Source: a virus (Duplodnaviria; Caudoviricetes). Taken from it: a DNA stretch of 57,845 bases. The DNA lies in the IMG/VR virus record IMGVR_UViG_3300026518_000668, positions 1-57,845 of that record; one strand, given 5' to 3'. Below are positions 47,489 to 56,475 of this stretch, in pieces (positions within the stretch are counted from its first letter, which is position 1; each line of letters starts with the position of its first letter). Under the pieces are notes generated by a model, which did no database searches, had not been told where the DNA came from, and saw nothing but the letters and a program-made list of their open reading frames with translations. The position numbers and the translations under genes are program-made.

Positions 47489-48121
47489 TCAGAGCTTTCG
47501 CATTTCTTTCAGCTCGGACTCAATTATTGAGGCGGCACCTTTTAATTTGCGATCCCATGTCGCTGAGTGCTCTTTCACAATTGCATCGAAGCCATAAATG
47601 TTCGGCACCGTGGTGCTCGCAGCATTTAGTTTCCTGTCAATCATCTCGACAAATTCGTCCACTCGCTTCGGGGTCATGTCCATCATTTTGCTGCTCACGA
47701 AGCTTTCGCATTTCTGACAGCACGCCCGATATTGCAGCCTTGCGCTTGCAACATCTAGCGGCGTTTGCTCTCGGTCGATCTTTGAAGTGGTTATCGCAAA
47801 AATATTGTCAGGCTCGCCAGGGAAAATCCTGTCAGCCCACTTGGCGCCGTATACCTGGAAAAGATCATTAGCCTGCTCGAGGCCGGAAAGCGCTGCGCGC
47901 AGCTCCTGCAAGGAGTCGAACTCACGTTCGAAGATGATCTGACGGCGCCAAGCCTGTGCCGTACTCCAAGCAGTCAGAGCGACGCTAACAGCTGCGATGG
48001 CAGAAGCGTAGTCAGCAATAGAGTCGTTTAGCTGCACAGAGCCTGCAGCGGCTAATCCAACGAGCACCCCTGCAGCGAGCAGCAACCCACCGCAGCTAAA
48101 ACCATACCAGTCCTTACGCAT
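47489..48121 (-). CDS. Antisense moron: membrane-anchored hypothetical protein
   Basis: Two N-terminal hydrophobic helices followed by AWRRQ; RBS GGAGG before ATG 48121. Confidence 0.65.
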   Translation of the reverse strand: MRKDWYGFSCGGLLLAAGVLVGLAAAGSVQLNDSIADYASAIAAVSVALTAWSTAQAWRRQIIFEREFDSLQELRAALSGLEQANDLFQVYGAKWADRIFPGEPDNIFAITTSKIDREQTPLDVASARLQYRACCQKCESFVSSKMMDMTPKRVDEFVEMIDRKLNAASTTVPNIYGFDAIVKEHSATWDRKLKGAASIIESELKEMRKL

Positions 48122-48172
48122 ACACCCTCCCCATTCTTGGGCGAGTATGCCACGCCTGTTCCAGAGGTAACC

Positions 48173-48391
48173 ATGACCCGCGAAGAAGCGTATGAAGAGG
48201 TCGCGCGGCTTGCAGCCGAGCACGCCCTGATAGCTCAGGGCTTCGGCGGCGTTCTCACCATTGTTCACCCCAGCACTCAGCGTCAGCATGGCATTGAAGA
48301 GAAATGCCTGTTCCTAGCAGGACAGGGTCCGCAGCCGGCGCCTCTCGCCCAGACCAAGCCCGGGGACGAAGAGCAGCGTTCACTTTTCTAA
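48173..48391 (+). CDS. Hypothetical protein
   Basis: RBS GAGGT before ATG 48173; ends QRSLF. Confidence 0.55.
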   Translation: MTREEAYEEVARLAAEHALIAQGFGGVLTIVHPSTQRQHGIEEKCLFLAGQGPQPAPLAQTKPGDEEQRSLF

Positions 48392-48403
48392 CCGAGGCAG
48401 CCA

Positions 48404-49570
48404 ATGAACCACCAGATACTGATCGGCGACTGCATCGACATGATGCGCACCCTGCCGGATGAGAGCGTGCACACCTGTATCACAAGCCCACCCTATTTCG
48501 GCCTACGGGATTACGGAGTGGATGGGCAGATTGGGCTGGAACAATCGCCCGCCGAGTTCATCCAGCGCCTGGTTGAGGTGTTTCGTGAGGTGCGCCGAGT
48601 GTTGCGCAAAGACGGTACGGCTTGGGTGAACATGGGTGACAGCTATGCCGGCAGCTGGGGCGGGCATGGTCATGACGACATGGGGATCGGTGTATCGGCT
48701 CTGAGTCAGCGACAAGTGATGGCCAGTCGGCGCAAGGACAAGAAGGTAGGACATTACGGCTTCAAACCTAAGGACTTGATGGGAATGCCTTGGCGCCTGG
48801 CTTTCGCTCTGCAGGACGATGGCTGGTATCTGCGGCAGGACATCATCTGGCACAAACCAAACCCAATGCCAGAGAGCACCAAAGACCGTTGCACAAAGGC
48901 GCACGAATATCTCTTCCTACTGAGCAAAAGTCGGCGCTACTACTACGACAACGATGCCATCAGAGAGCCATCCAACATGAGCGGTGGCAGCACGCGTCCC
49001 ACCAATGGTGTTGGATGGGGTCACGGCACCGATGCCAAGAAACGAAATCGTGAGCGGGTCACTGTGCCGAAAGGCTGGGACACCAGCACCGGCGAAGGCG
49101 GACACGGCGGCTATCACAAGGACGGTGCAGCGCGAGGCAGCAAGCGAAACAGCTTTGCCAGGGAATCGAAGTACAGCGCTGGTGAACATGGCCAGAAAGC
49201 TCAGCATCGCCCCGACCGAGCCGATGTTGACTATAGCGAGACCCGCAACAAGCGCAGCGTCTGGACAGTGGCCACCCACGCATTCAAAGAAGCCCATTTC
49301 GCAACCTTCCCGCCCGACCTGATACGCCCTTGCGTGTTGGCTGGTTCACCGCGCGGTGGCGTGGTGCTGGATCCGTTCGGCGGCGCCGGTACCACAGGTC
49401 TTGTAGCAATGCAGGAAGGTCGCCGGTCGATCCTTTGTGAACTCAACCCAGAATACGCCGCAATGGCGCGCGCCCGGCTAGATAAAGCGTGGATCGAAGG
49501 CGCGGCACAGATGGACATTCTGATGGATATGCCGGCACCGGACCAACCCAAGTCTGCCCAGTCAGCATGA
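48404..49570 (+). CDS. Orphan N4-cytosine/N6-adenine DNA methyltransferase (beta class)
   Basis: TSPPY catalytic motif, IIWHKPNPMPES, HFATFP, LDPFGGAGTT SAM-binding motif. Confidence 0.92.
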   Translation: MNHQILIGDCIDMMRTLPDESVHTCITSPPYFGLRDYGVDGQIGLEQSPAEFIQRLVEVFREVRRVLRKDGTAWVNMGDSYAGSWGGHGHDDMGIGVSALSQRQVMASRRKDKKVGHYGFKPKDLMGMPWRLAFALQDDGWYLRQDIIWHKPNPMPESTKDRCTKAHEYLFLLSKSRRYYYDNDAIREPSNMSGGSTRPTNGVGWGHGTDAKKRNRERVTVPKGWDTSTGEGGHGGYHKDGAARGSKRNSFARESKYSAGEHGQKAQHRPDRADVDYSETRNKRSVWTVATHAFKEAHFATFPPDLIRPCVLAGSPRGGVVLDPFGGAGTTGLVAMQEGRRSILCELNPEYAAMARARLDKAWIEGAAQMDILMDMPAPDQPKSAQSA

Positions 49571-49663
49571 ACGCCAATCACTCGGAGCTTAAGCGCCCGG
49601 GCCCTGACATCGTCCCGCCGGCGCGACACGCCACCGCATAACCCCTTCCCCGAGGTAACCCAC

Positions 49664-50539
49664 ATGACCATCGACTACGGATCGGTGTGCAGCGGCATCG
49701 AGTCGGTGTCGGTTGCAGTGCACCCGCTCGGCTGGACGCCTACATGGTTCTCCGAGATTGAACCGTTCCCCTCCGCGGTGCTGGCACACCGGTTTCCCGA
49801 GGTGCCGAACCACGGCGACATGACGCTGCTGCCGGCCAAGGTTTTGACCGGTGCGATCCCTGCGCCAAGCCTGCTGGTTGGCGGCACACCATGCCAAGCG
49901 TTCTCCGTTGCAGGCATGCGCGCCGGCCTCGAAGACCCGCGCGGCAAACTCACTATCAAGTTCGTGGAGCTCGCAGATGCAATTGACCATGTTCGAACAG
50001 CCCGAGGCGATGACGAGTGCGTCGTCTGGTGGGAAAACGTCCCCGGTGTCCTCAGCGACAAAGGCAATGCGTTTGGCTGCTTCCTCGGTGCCCTGGTGGG
50101 CGAATCCTCAGCGCTACAGCCGTCAGGGGGAAGATGGACGGACGCTGGTTGTGTGTATGGACCCGAAAGAACAGCAGCATGGCGGGTGCTGGATGCCCAA
50201 TATTTCGGCCTGGCCCAACGACGCCGCCGTGTGTTCGTTGTCGCAAGTGCTCGAAGAGGGTTCGATCCCGCAGCGGTACTCTTTGAGTCCGAAGGCCTGC
50301 GCAGGGATACTCCGCCGCGCCGAGGCGAGGGGCAAGACATTGCCGGAACAGTTACTGCGAGCCTTGGTCGCCGTGGCGGAGCGCCAGACTGCGCAAGCAC
50401 ACCCGGACAGCTCCAGCCAGTCACCTGCATGGCACACGGACAGGGGGGGGGGGGGGGCAGAAATAGCCGAGGGCAGAAGCCCGACGCTGACCTGCAACCA
50501 CGAGGCTCCGATAGTCGTCCACGGAACCCAAGACCCTGA
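49664..50539 (+). CDS. C5-cytosine DNA methyltransferase, N-terminal part (motifs I-VIII), frame broken at a G15 tract
   Basis: SVCSGI, GGTPCQAFS, WENVPG, QRRRRVFVV; stops shortly after poly-G 50443-50457. Confidence 0.85.
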   Translation: MTIDYGSVCSGIESVSVAVHPLGWTPTWFSEIEPFPSAVLAHRFPEVPNHGDMTLLPAKVLTGAIPAPSLLVGGTPCQAFSVAGMRAGLEDPRGKLTIKFVELADAIDHVRTARGDDECVVWWENVPGVLSDKGNAFGCFLGALVGESSALQPSGGRWTDAGCVYGPERTAAWRVLDAQYFGLAQRRRRVFVVASARRGFDPAAVLFESEGLRRDTPPRRGEGQDIAGTVTASLGRRGGAPDCASTPGQLQPVTCMAHGQGGGGGRNSRGQKPDADLQPRGSDSRPRNPRP

Positions 50540-51317
50540 TGTCCGAAGAGATCAGGCGCATACGCTCGGAAGAAACAACGGCGCAGAAAATGCCGTACTG
50601 ACCGTATCTCTGCGTGGTCGCGAGGGTGGGGCTACCGCAGAGCTTGGCGATGATGTTGCCGGATGCCTGCGGGCCTCCTCCGGAGGGGGAGACAAACCGC
50701 ACGTCTTAGCTCCCATCGCCTTCAGTTGCAAAGACCACGCGGCCGACGCCGGAGAGCTTTCACCCACCCTGCGCGCGATGGGTCATGGGGATAGTCACGC
50801 CAATGCTGGTGGGCAGGTTGCTGTATGCGTTACCGGTGAAATCACCCACACCCTCAAGGCAGAGGGCTTTGACGCCAGCGAAGATGGCACCGGACGCGGG
50901 CAGCCGATCGTCACGCACGCCATCCAAGCAGGCGCACTTCGGACCAACCCGGCAAGCGGCCCGGACGGGGTCGGAGTTCAAGCGGATCATGCTTACACCC
51001 TGGAAGCTCGCTCCGAGGTGCAAGCAATCCAGAGCGCTAGCGCTGTGCGAAGACTTACGCCCAGGGAGTGTGAGCGCCTACAGGGCTTCCCTGACGACTG
51101 GACGTTAATTCCGTTTGGACGGGTCATCCGCCCAGAGAAGCTTGACGTCGACTTCGCCAAGTACCTGATGCGCGGCGGCTCGATGACTTTTGAGCAGTGC
51201 CTGGAAGCTGCCGCCGACGGCCCGCGCTACAAAGCGATCGGCAATAGCAAAGCCGTTTTCTGCGTCCGCTGGATCGCACGACGCATCGACAACCACATTC
51301 AGAGGCTGAATCCATGA
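49977..51317 (+). CDS. Overlapping +1-frame ORF carrying the methyltransferase C-terminal part (TRD, motifs IX and X)
   Basis: GGAG RBS 7 nt before ATG 49977; VRRLTPRECERLQGFP (IX) and RYKAIGNS (X). Confidence 0.7.
   Translation: MQLTMFEQPEAMTSASSGGKTSPVSSATKAMRLAASSVPWWANPQRYSRQGEDGRTLVVCMDPKEQQHGGCWMPNISAWPNDAAVCSLSQVLEEGSIPQRYSLSPKACAGILRRAEARGKTLPEQLLRALVAVAERQTAQAHPDSSSQSPAWHTDRGGGGAEIAEGRSPTLTCNHEAPIVVHGTQDPDVRRDQAHTLGRNNGAENAVLTVSLRGREGGATAELGDDVAGCLRASSGGGDKPHVLAPIAFSCKDHAADAGELSPTLRAMGHGDSHANAGGQVAVCVTGEITHTLKAEGFDASEDGTGRGQPIVTHAIQAGALRTNPASGPDGVGVQADHAYTLEARSEVQAIQSASAVRRLTPRECERLQGFPDDWTLIPFGRVIRPEKLDVDFAKYLMRGGSMTFEQCLEAAADGPRYKAIGNSKAVFCVRWIARRIDNHIQRLNP
50443..50457 (+). repeat. 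G15 homopolymer tract
   Basis: 15 consecutive G, the longest homopolymer I noticed in the window. Confidence 0.9.
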
Positions 51318-51508
51318 CCACCCAACTCACAGCCCGGCCAGCAGAGCCGCGCGTTCACGTCCATGCGGATAGCTGGATGACAGAGGCAGAGCTTGCCGAG
51401 TTCTGGCACGCCCTGCAGCAGCGGCTAAACGATGCGCGCCACGCAATGCAGGACAACAGCGTCTTTGACCCCGTCGGCATCGACAGCGAGGGCGGCAGCC
51501 ATGACTGA
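51314..51508 (+). CDS. Hypothetical protein
   Basis: ATGA-coupled small ORF. Confidence 0.55.
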   Translation: MTTQLTARPAEPRVHVHADSWMTEAELAEFWHALQQRLNDARHAMQDNSVFDPVGIDSEGGSHD

Positions 51509-52790
51509 GAGAGAAACCACGCTGCGCATCATCAAGCAGGAGCTGATCGACACCCGCAAGCAGGACGACGAATGCCAGTTCGGCATAGCTCTGGGCACGA
51601 TCTATCTTGCTGTATCGCTCAACCTCATCACCAACAGGGAGCTGCACCGCCTCAACAAGCTGGCCCTGAATGCTTCCGTGCATGCCAAGATTCAGCGACA
51701 CCAGCACGGTGCAGTGATCCTCGGAAAGCGCATCACCGAGTTTCAGCGCACCAATAGCCTCGCCGGGCTGCTCGACGGCATTTCCCCTCCCGCAGACGAG
51801 GCGTTTCAGCAGCGCGTCCAAGCGTGGATGCTGGAGTGCTTTGGGTCGGCTATCGCTGCCGACAGAGCCGAGCGCAATCATCGCTTCCTTGAAGAGGCCC
51901 TCGAGCTTGTGCAGTCGCTTGGCTGCAGTGCTGATGAGGCCCACCGGCTGGTTGACTACGTCTACGGGCGCCCGACCGGTGAGCCGGTACAAGAGGCCGG
52001 CGGCGTAATGGTTACCCTGGCCGCCCTGTGCGCGGCGAGCGAACTGGACATGGCCGAGGCCGGCGAGCGAGAGCTGACCCGCATCAGCCAGCCTGAGACC
52101 ATGCTGCGTATCCGCGAAAAGCAGCGCAAAAAGCCCGCGATGTCGCCGCTTCCCGGTGTTTACCCGGAGCGCGCAGCGCCTGTCCAGCAGGCCGGCGGCT
52201 TGGGAGTAGTCAACCGGGAGTTTACAACTGCCCAAGATGCTGCGGTTCTGCTCGAGGCTCCGGACTGGCTGCTTGAAATGGCCGAGCAAATGCGCGATCA
52301 GCCCACGCGCTCGACCGCCCACCCGTTTTGGCAGGTGCGATGCAAGCGGCATCTTCCGACAGCTGAAGGCTATAACGACAGCCACTATGAAGTTGTTGGT
52401 GATGAAGGGGTGGTTTGGCGATCGATCGACCCGATCAAAGGGCTTATCGATCATCTACTGGAAAACCATGAAGAGTGGTGCCGCCGCTGGGCAGAAGACC
52501 ACGACCACATGGAAGACTGCTCTACCGTGGCAGAGGCGATCGAGTCATTCTTTGATGCATCTGAAGGTGAGCTTCCTGACGGGCTTACATCCGTATTTGT
52601 GCAGGAAGTGGAAGAAGTTGTAACTACCCACCTCACACTGGCCGATGCTGAATGGTTCATCAAGCGCAAGCAGCACGACTATCCGCCTCTGTACACCTAC
52701 GTTGAGTCGGCCTACTGGTCTCCGCAGATGCGGCAGCTTCAGGACTGGATTATCAGCCTGGCCAGCCAGAACGGGGGTGCAACATCATGA
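51501..52790 (+). CDS. Composite protein with MazG-like pyrophosphatase segment and Ead/Ea22-like C-terminus
   Basis: RFLEEALELVQ..QEAGGVMVTL acidic helices; MRDQPTRSTAHPFWQV segment. Confidence 0.55.
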   Translation: MTERETTLRIIKQELIDTRKQDDECQFGIALGTIYLAVSLNLITNRELHRLNKLALNASVHAKIQRHQHGAVILGKRITEFQRTNSLAGLLDGISPPADEAFQQRVQAWMLECFGSAIAADRAERNHRFLEEALELVQSLGCSADEAHRLVDYVYGRPTGEPVQEAGGVMVTLAALCAASELDMAEAGERELTRISQPETMLRIREKQRKKPAMSPLPGVYPERAAPVQQAGGLGVVNREFTTAQDAAVLLEAPDWLLEMAEQMRDQPTRSTAHPFWQVRCKRHLPTAEGYNDSHYEVVGDEGVVWRSIDPIKGLIDHLLENHEEWCRRWAEDHDHMEDCSTVAEAIESFFDASEGELPDGLTSVFVQEVEEVVTTHLTLADAEWFIKRKQHDYPPLYTYVESAYWSPQMRQLQDWIISLASQNGGATS

Positions 52791-53152
52791 CGCCGTCAGA
52801 GTTCCGCGCAGAGCTAATCAAGATCATGCCCGGCTACAAGTGGGTGGTGCGCCGATCATCAAGCAAAAAATACTTGCTCGCGACTGGCACGCAGTCAAGC
52901 GGGAGCAACCGCCTCTCCACGCTACAGGTTGAGCGCCAAGACAGCCTAGATGGCAGCAGCAGGCAGCACTATGAGGTCAGGAGCGCAGGCTACGGAAGAC
53001 GTGCGGCATGGCTGCACGCCACCAGCGGCGCAACGCTCGCCCAGGCGTTGCGTAATCTTCAGAACCACTACGAGCGAAAAGCTGCGACGTACAGAAGTCA
53101 TGCGATCGACCTAGCCAATGGCCGCAAGCAAAGCGGAGGACAAGTATCATGA
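52787..53152 (+). CDS. Hypothetical protein
   Basis: ATGA-coupled ORF in the PL operon. Confidence 0.65.
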   Translation: MTPSEFRAELIKIMPGYKWVVRRSSSKKYLLATGTQSSGSNRLSTLQVERQDSLDGSSRQHYEVRSAGYGRRAAWLHATSGATLAQALRNLQNHYERKAATYRSHAIDLANGRKQSGGQVS

Positions 53153-53409
53153 ACGAGCACCTATCAGAATTGGCCAGCAAATGCCAAGGCGTCGCCCACT
53201 GCCTTACCTACAACGATGACACATCGCAATCTGATGCGAAAAAGACACTGCTGGCGGCTTCTCACGCACTCGATGGAGAGTCTATTCGCGTACATAAGAA
53301 GCGCGATGGCTTGCTGATCATCAATGCCCGCGGCAAGTGTCGGTTCCTTACCTTGCGCGAACGGCTAGCGATATGGCTGCTGCGCGGCAAGACCGAGGTG
53401 CGTCCATGA
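53149..53409 (+). CDS. Hypothetical protein
   Basis: ATGA-coupled ORF. Confidence 0.6.
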   Translation: MNEHLSELASKCQGVAHCLTYNDDTSQSDAKKTLLAASHALDGESIRVHKKRDGLLIINARGKCRFLTLRERLAIWLLRGKTEVRP

Positions 53410-53921
53410 GTAACTCTGAGGTGGTGCGTTATCACGCACTTGGCGGAATGATTCCGCTGGAATGGGGAGTTGGAAAGGGTATTTACGTCCGCGCTGACGA
53501 TTACGACGCGCTGGAAGCGGCGGTCAAAGACCCTGAAAAGGTATTCCTCAACATGAAGCGCGGCGCCATTGCCACCCCAAGCGTCAGGCTATGGTCGAAG
53601 CTGTTTGGCGAAGTGCTGAACGATGACGACGCACGTCTGATTGAGATAGCGCGGCTTCGGGAGCGTTTAGCAGAACTGGAAGCTGCCATCGTCGAGCGCG
53701 ATGCAGCTATCGAGGACTTCTCAGGCACAGCAGTGCAGAACGGCATGGAGTGCGACCGGCTACGCGATCAGTGCGCTGGATATGAGGCGCGGATTAAGCG
53801 GCTTGAGGAAGCGCTGCGGGACATCGCTGGCAAGCATCACCATAGCGCAAGCGCGGGCGAGTACTTCGCGAAAGTGGCGCGCAAAGCCCTAGCCCATCAG
53901 GGCCAGGAGGGTGAGTCATGA
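53406..53921 (+). CDS. Hypothetical coiled-coil protein
   Basis: ATGA-coupled; YVRADDYDAL motif. Confidence 0.6.
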   Translation: MSNSEVVRYHALGGMIPLEWGVGKGIYVRADDYDALEAAVKDPEKVFLNMKRGAIATPSVRLWSKLFGEVLNDDDARLIEIARLRERLAELEAAIVERDAAIEDFSGTAVQNGMECDRLRDQCAGYEARIKRLEEALRDIAGKHHHSASAGEYFAKVARKALAHQGQEGES

Positions 53922-54376
53922 GCGGCCCAAAGCGTCCACCCATTGAGCCGCGCGACTACCTCCACGGCATCAACGTCGTCGACATTGGCGACCTCAGAGT
54001 CGCCCGTGGCAAGACACGCCGAGAGCATTCTGCGTGCCGGCACCTGCGCCTTAACTACGACGAAGAAGAACGCCGGATCTACTGCAGCGACTGCGAGAGC
54101 GACGTTGAACCTTTCGATGCATTCATGACCGTGGTTCACAGCTGGCGGGCAATGACCGGCAGGCTGGAGGCGCGCCGCAAATCGATTGAAGAGGCTGAGC
54201 AGTTCACGCTGATCAGTCGGGCCACCAAAGAGCTCGACAAGGTGTGGCGCAAGCGCCGCCAGGTGCCCTGCTGCCCAAGCTGCAACGCAGGGCTGCTACC
54301 GGAAGACTTCGCCAGCGGCATCACCTCTACCCAGTCCGCAGACATTGAGCGTGCAAAGCGCAAGCGCCAGCAGTAA
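53918..54376 (+). CDS. Hypothetical zinc-binding protein
   Basis: CRH..CSDC and CPSC motifs. Confidence 0.65.
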   Translation: MSGPKRPPIEPRDYLHGINVVDIGDLRVARGKTRREHSACRHLRLNYDEEERRIYCSDCESDVEPFDAFMTVVHSWRAMTGRLEARRKSIEEAEQFTLISRATKELDKVWRKRRQVPCCPSCNAGLLPEDFASGITSTQSADIERAKRKRQQ

Positions 54377-54443
54377 CTCCACCCAGCCCTAACGGGCTAC
54401 CCCAAACCCTTTCAAGCATCCGGCACCGCCGGAGGGAGCACCT

Positions 54444-54854
54444 ATGTCTGAAGCAACCGAAGTCAAAACCCCTGCAGATCAACTGATGGAACAAGTGCAG
54501 GTGTATGCATCCGCCTGGGCCTTGGTTGGCGGCCCATTTGATCAGGGCAACGCCCTTGAACTCGCCGAAGAAGAGAAAGAAGCAACGCGGGACATGATTG
54601 AAGACCTGATCGAGCAGAAGGACGATCAGCTCAACGGCATCGCCGAGTGCGTCCAGCAGTTGATCGACTGGCACGGGGGGCGGGTCGAGCAAGTCGACAA
54701 GCTGCTGGAGCACGCCAAGGACGGGAATACCATCGCCCTGGGCGACGATAAAAACATCACACTGGATGCGGCGTCGGCATACGGAATGCGAATCGGGCTT
54801 TCCCTCGCTAAACACTTCCTCGGCAAGCTGCCAATCACACTGACCCGTAACTGA
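54444..54854 (+). CDS. Hypothetical protein
   Basis: RBS GGAGGGAG; QVYASAWALVGGPFD motif. Confidence 0.65.
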   Translation: MSEATEVKTPADQLMEQVQVYASAWALVGGPFDQGNALELAEEEKEATRDMIEDLIEQKDDQLNGIAECVQQLIDWHGGRVEQVDKLLEHAKDGNTIALGDDKNITLDAASAYGMRIGLSLAKHFLGKLPITLTRN

Positions 54855-54874
54855 CCACTGTTCCGCCGGGAGGC

Positions 54875-55426
54875 ATGACCATGCGAATCACAGAATCAAC
54901 AGTCACCAAGCTGGTCATCGATCAGCTTGAAGCCTTGGACCCGATCACAGTGATTGCCGAGGATCTGGAGCCGCGCAAAGGCAAGATCACTGTCAGCTGC
55001 TACGGCAAAAGCTGGACAGCATATTGGGGCGGCATGGGCTCAGACTCGATTGCGCAGTTCTTCTGCAGCTGCGACCCCGCCTACATCATCGGCTACTTTG
55101 CCCCGAACCTGGGCAGCACGAAGTTCAGCGGCCTTGCGCTGTCTAAGCTCGCGCGCCGCGAGGTAGTGAAACAGCGGCGCCGTTGGGACATTGACAGCAA
55201 CGAGGCACGCCAGCTGTTCGATGAGGCCGACACCCTGGCCGAGTACGAAACCCTCGAAGCGGTGTATCACTGCCATCAAGAGACGATGACGTTGCTATTC
55301 GGGGATGAATGGTGGCACGGGCTGCATGAAGCCACCGAGCCGAACAGCGACTACGAGTACCTGTGCCGGATCATCAGGGCCGTCCAGCAGGCACTGGCCA
55401 CCACGATTGATAAAACAGCGGCGTAG
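54875..55426 (+). CDS. Hypothetical protein
   Basis: RBS GGAGG; LDPITV..ED..GKIT..CYGKSWTAYWGGMG motif. Confidence 0.7.
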   Translation: MTMRITESTVTKLVIDQLEALDPITVIAEDLEPRKGKITVSCYGKSWTAYWGGMGSDSIAQFFCSCDPAYIIGYFAPNLGSTKFSGLALSKLARREVVKQRRRWDIDSNEARQLFDEADTLAEYETLEAVYHCHQETMTLLFGDEWWHGLHEATEPNSDYEYLCRIIRAVQQALATTIDKTAA

Positions 55427-55434
55427 CCGGGAGG
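55384..55434 (+). repeat. 51-bp direct repeat, copy 1
   Basis: 47 of 51 positions identical to 56417-56467. Confidence 0.9.
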
Positions 55435-55482
55435 CGGACGGAAATGGAGCCGCCAACAGCAAACGAGCCTAATGCCCTGCCC

Positions 55483-56286
55483 CTACATGGAGTCGCCACC
55501 CGGCTTGCGTATTGGCGTATCAGCGTCAAGGAACTCATTAAACCTGACTCGCGAAACTCCAACAATTTCACCGGAAGACTTTGGCAAAAGATAGGTCGTA
55601 CCATCGAACTGACCGTTGGCATAGCCTCCAAGAACTAGGTTATCACCATATCCCGCGAGGATCGCCACGTCTTTTTCGCCAAGCTTAAAAACATAAAAAC
55701 TCTGCTTCCACTTTGCTGCGGCAACACCTGCACCACGAACAAAAAAGACAATAGCAATTAGCGACAAAATCAAAAAAAACTTAGCAATAACTTTATCCGC
55801 AGGGCCTGGCTGACTTCTTTCAGGCTTTGAGCTCTCGCGATCAGGAACTTCATCTAATTTAGCCATTTCCTCCCAAGCCCCATTCCACCCGTACTTTGGC
55901 ACATTTAATAAATAGGCGACTAAGCAAAAAACTACAGCTACTGCAGTGCATAGCAAAGCCACGTTAACGATATCACGACGAAACCCGGATAACAGAGCGA
56001 TGAACATCAAAAGAAGCGGCCCAATCATGAACATGGCAAGGGCTTTATGCGTTCTTTTCTCTGAAGAACCCAGACGAAAAACAGTCTCCATATATATGTA
56101 AAACGGAAACAAAACCAGCACAAGCCCAAACATAGCCAACACAGTAGACTTAAGATCAATCTCAATAAAGTCAGAAGAATACCCAAACGCTTCGGCATAA
56201 CCAAACTCAAACGCCAGCGCGCAAATAAAAGACACCACTGGTATCAAACTTAATATCACTGCCTCTTTCTCAATAAAGTTTTTCAT
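55483..56286 (-). CDS. AT-rich antisense moron: multi-pass membrane protein
   Basis: About five hydrophobic helices; visibly lower GC; lies between the direct repeats. Confidence 0.75.
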   Translation of the reverse strand: MKNFIEKEAVILSLIPVVSFICALAFEFGYAEAFGYSSDFIEIDLKSTVLAMFGLVLVLFPFYIYMETVFRLGSSEKRTHKALAMFMIGPLLLMFIALLSGFRRDIVNVALLCTAVAVVFCLVAYLLNVPKYGWNGAWEEMAKLDEVPDRESSKPERSQPGPADKVIAKFFLILSLIAIVFFVRGAGVAAAKWKQSFYVFKLGEKDVAILAGYGDNLVLGGYANGQFDGTTYLLPKSSGEIVGVSRVRFNEFLDADTPIRKPGGDSM

Positions 56287-56416
56287 TTCAATTCTTGTCC
56301 CTAACCCTAAATCTCACCAAGCAAGTTCGCGAACCTGACTGTACGCAAACGACTTCTAGTAATCCGAAGTAAATCCGAATAATCCAGGAATCATATCCTA
56401 TGGCAACCAACGCCAA

Positions 56417-56467
56417 CCAGCAGGAACTGGCCACCATGATTGATAAAACAGAGGCATAGCCGGGAGG
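56417..56467 (+). repeat. 51-bp direct repeat, copy 2
   Basis: 47 of 51 positions identical to 55384-55434; supplies the GGGAGG RBS of the xis-like gene. Confidence 0.9.
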
Positions 56468-56475
56468 TATTACAA

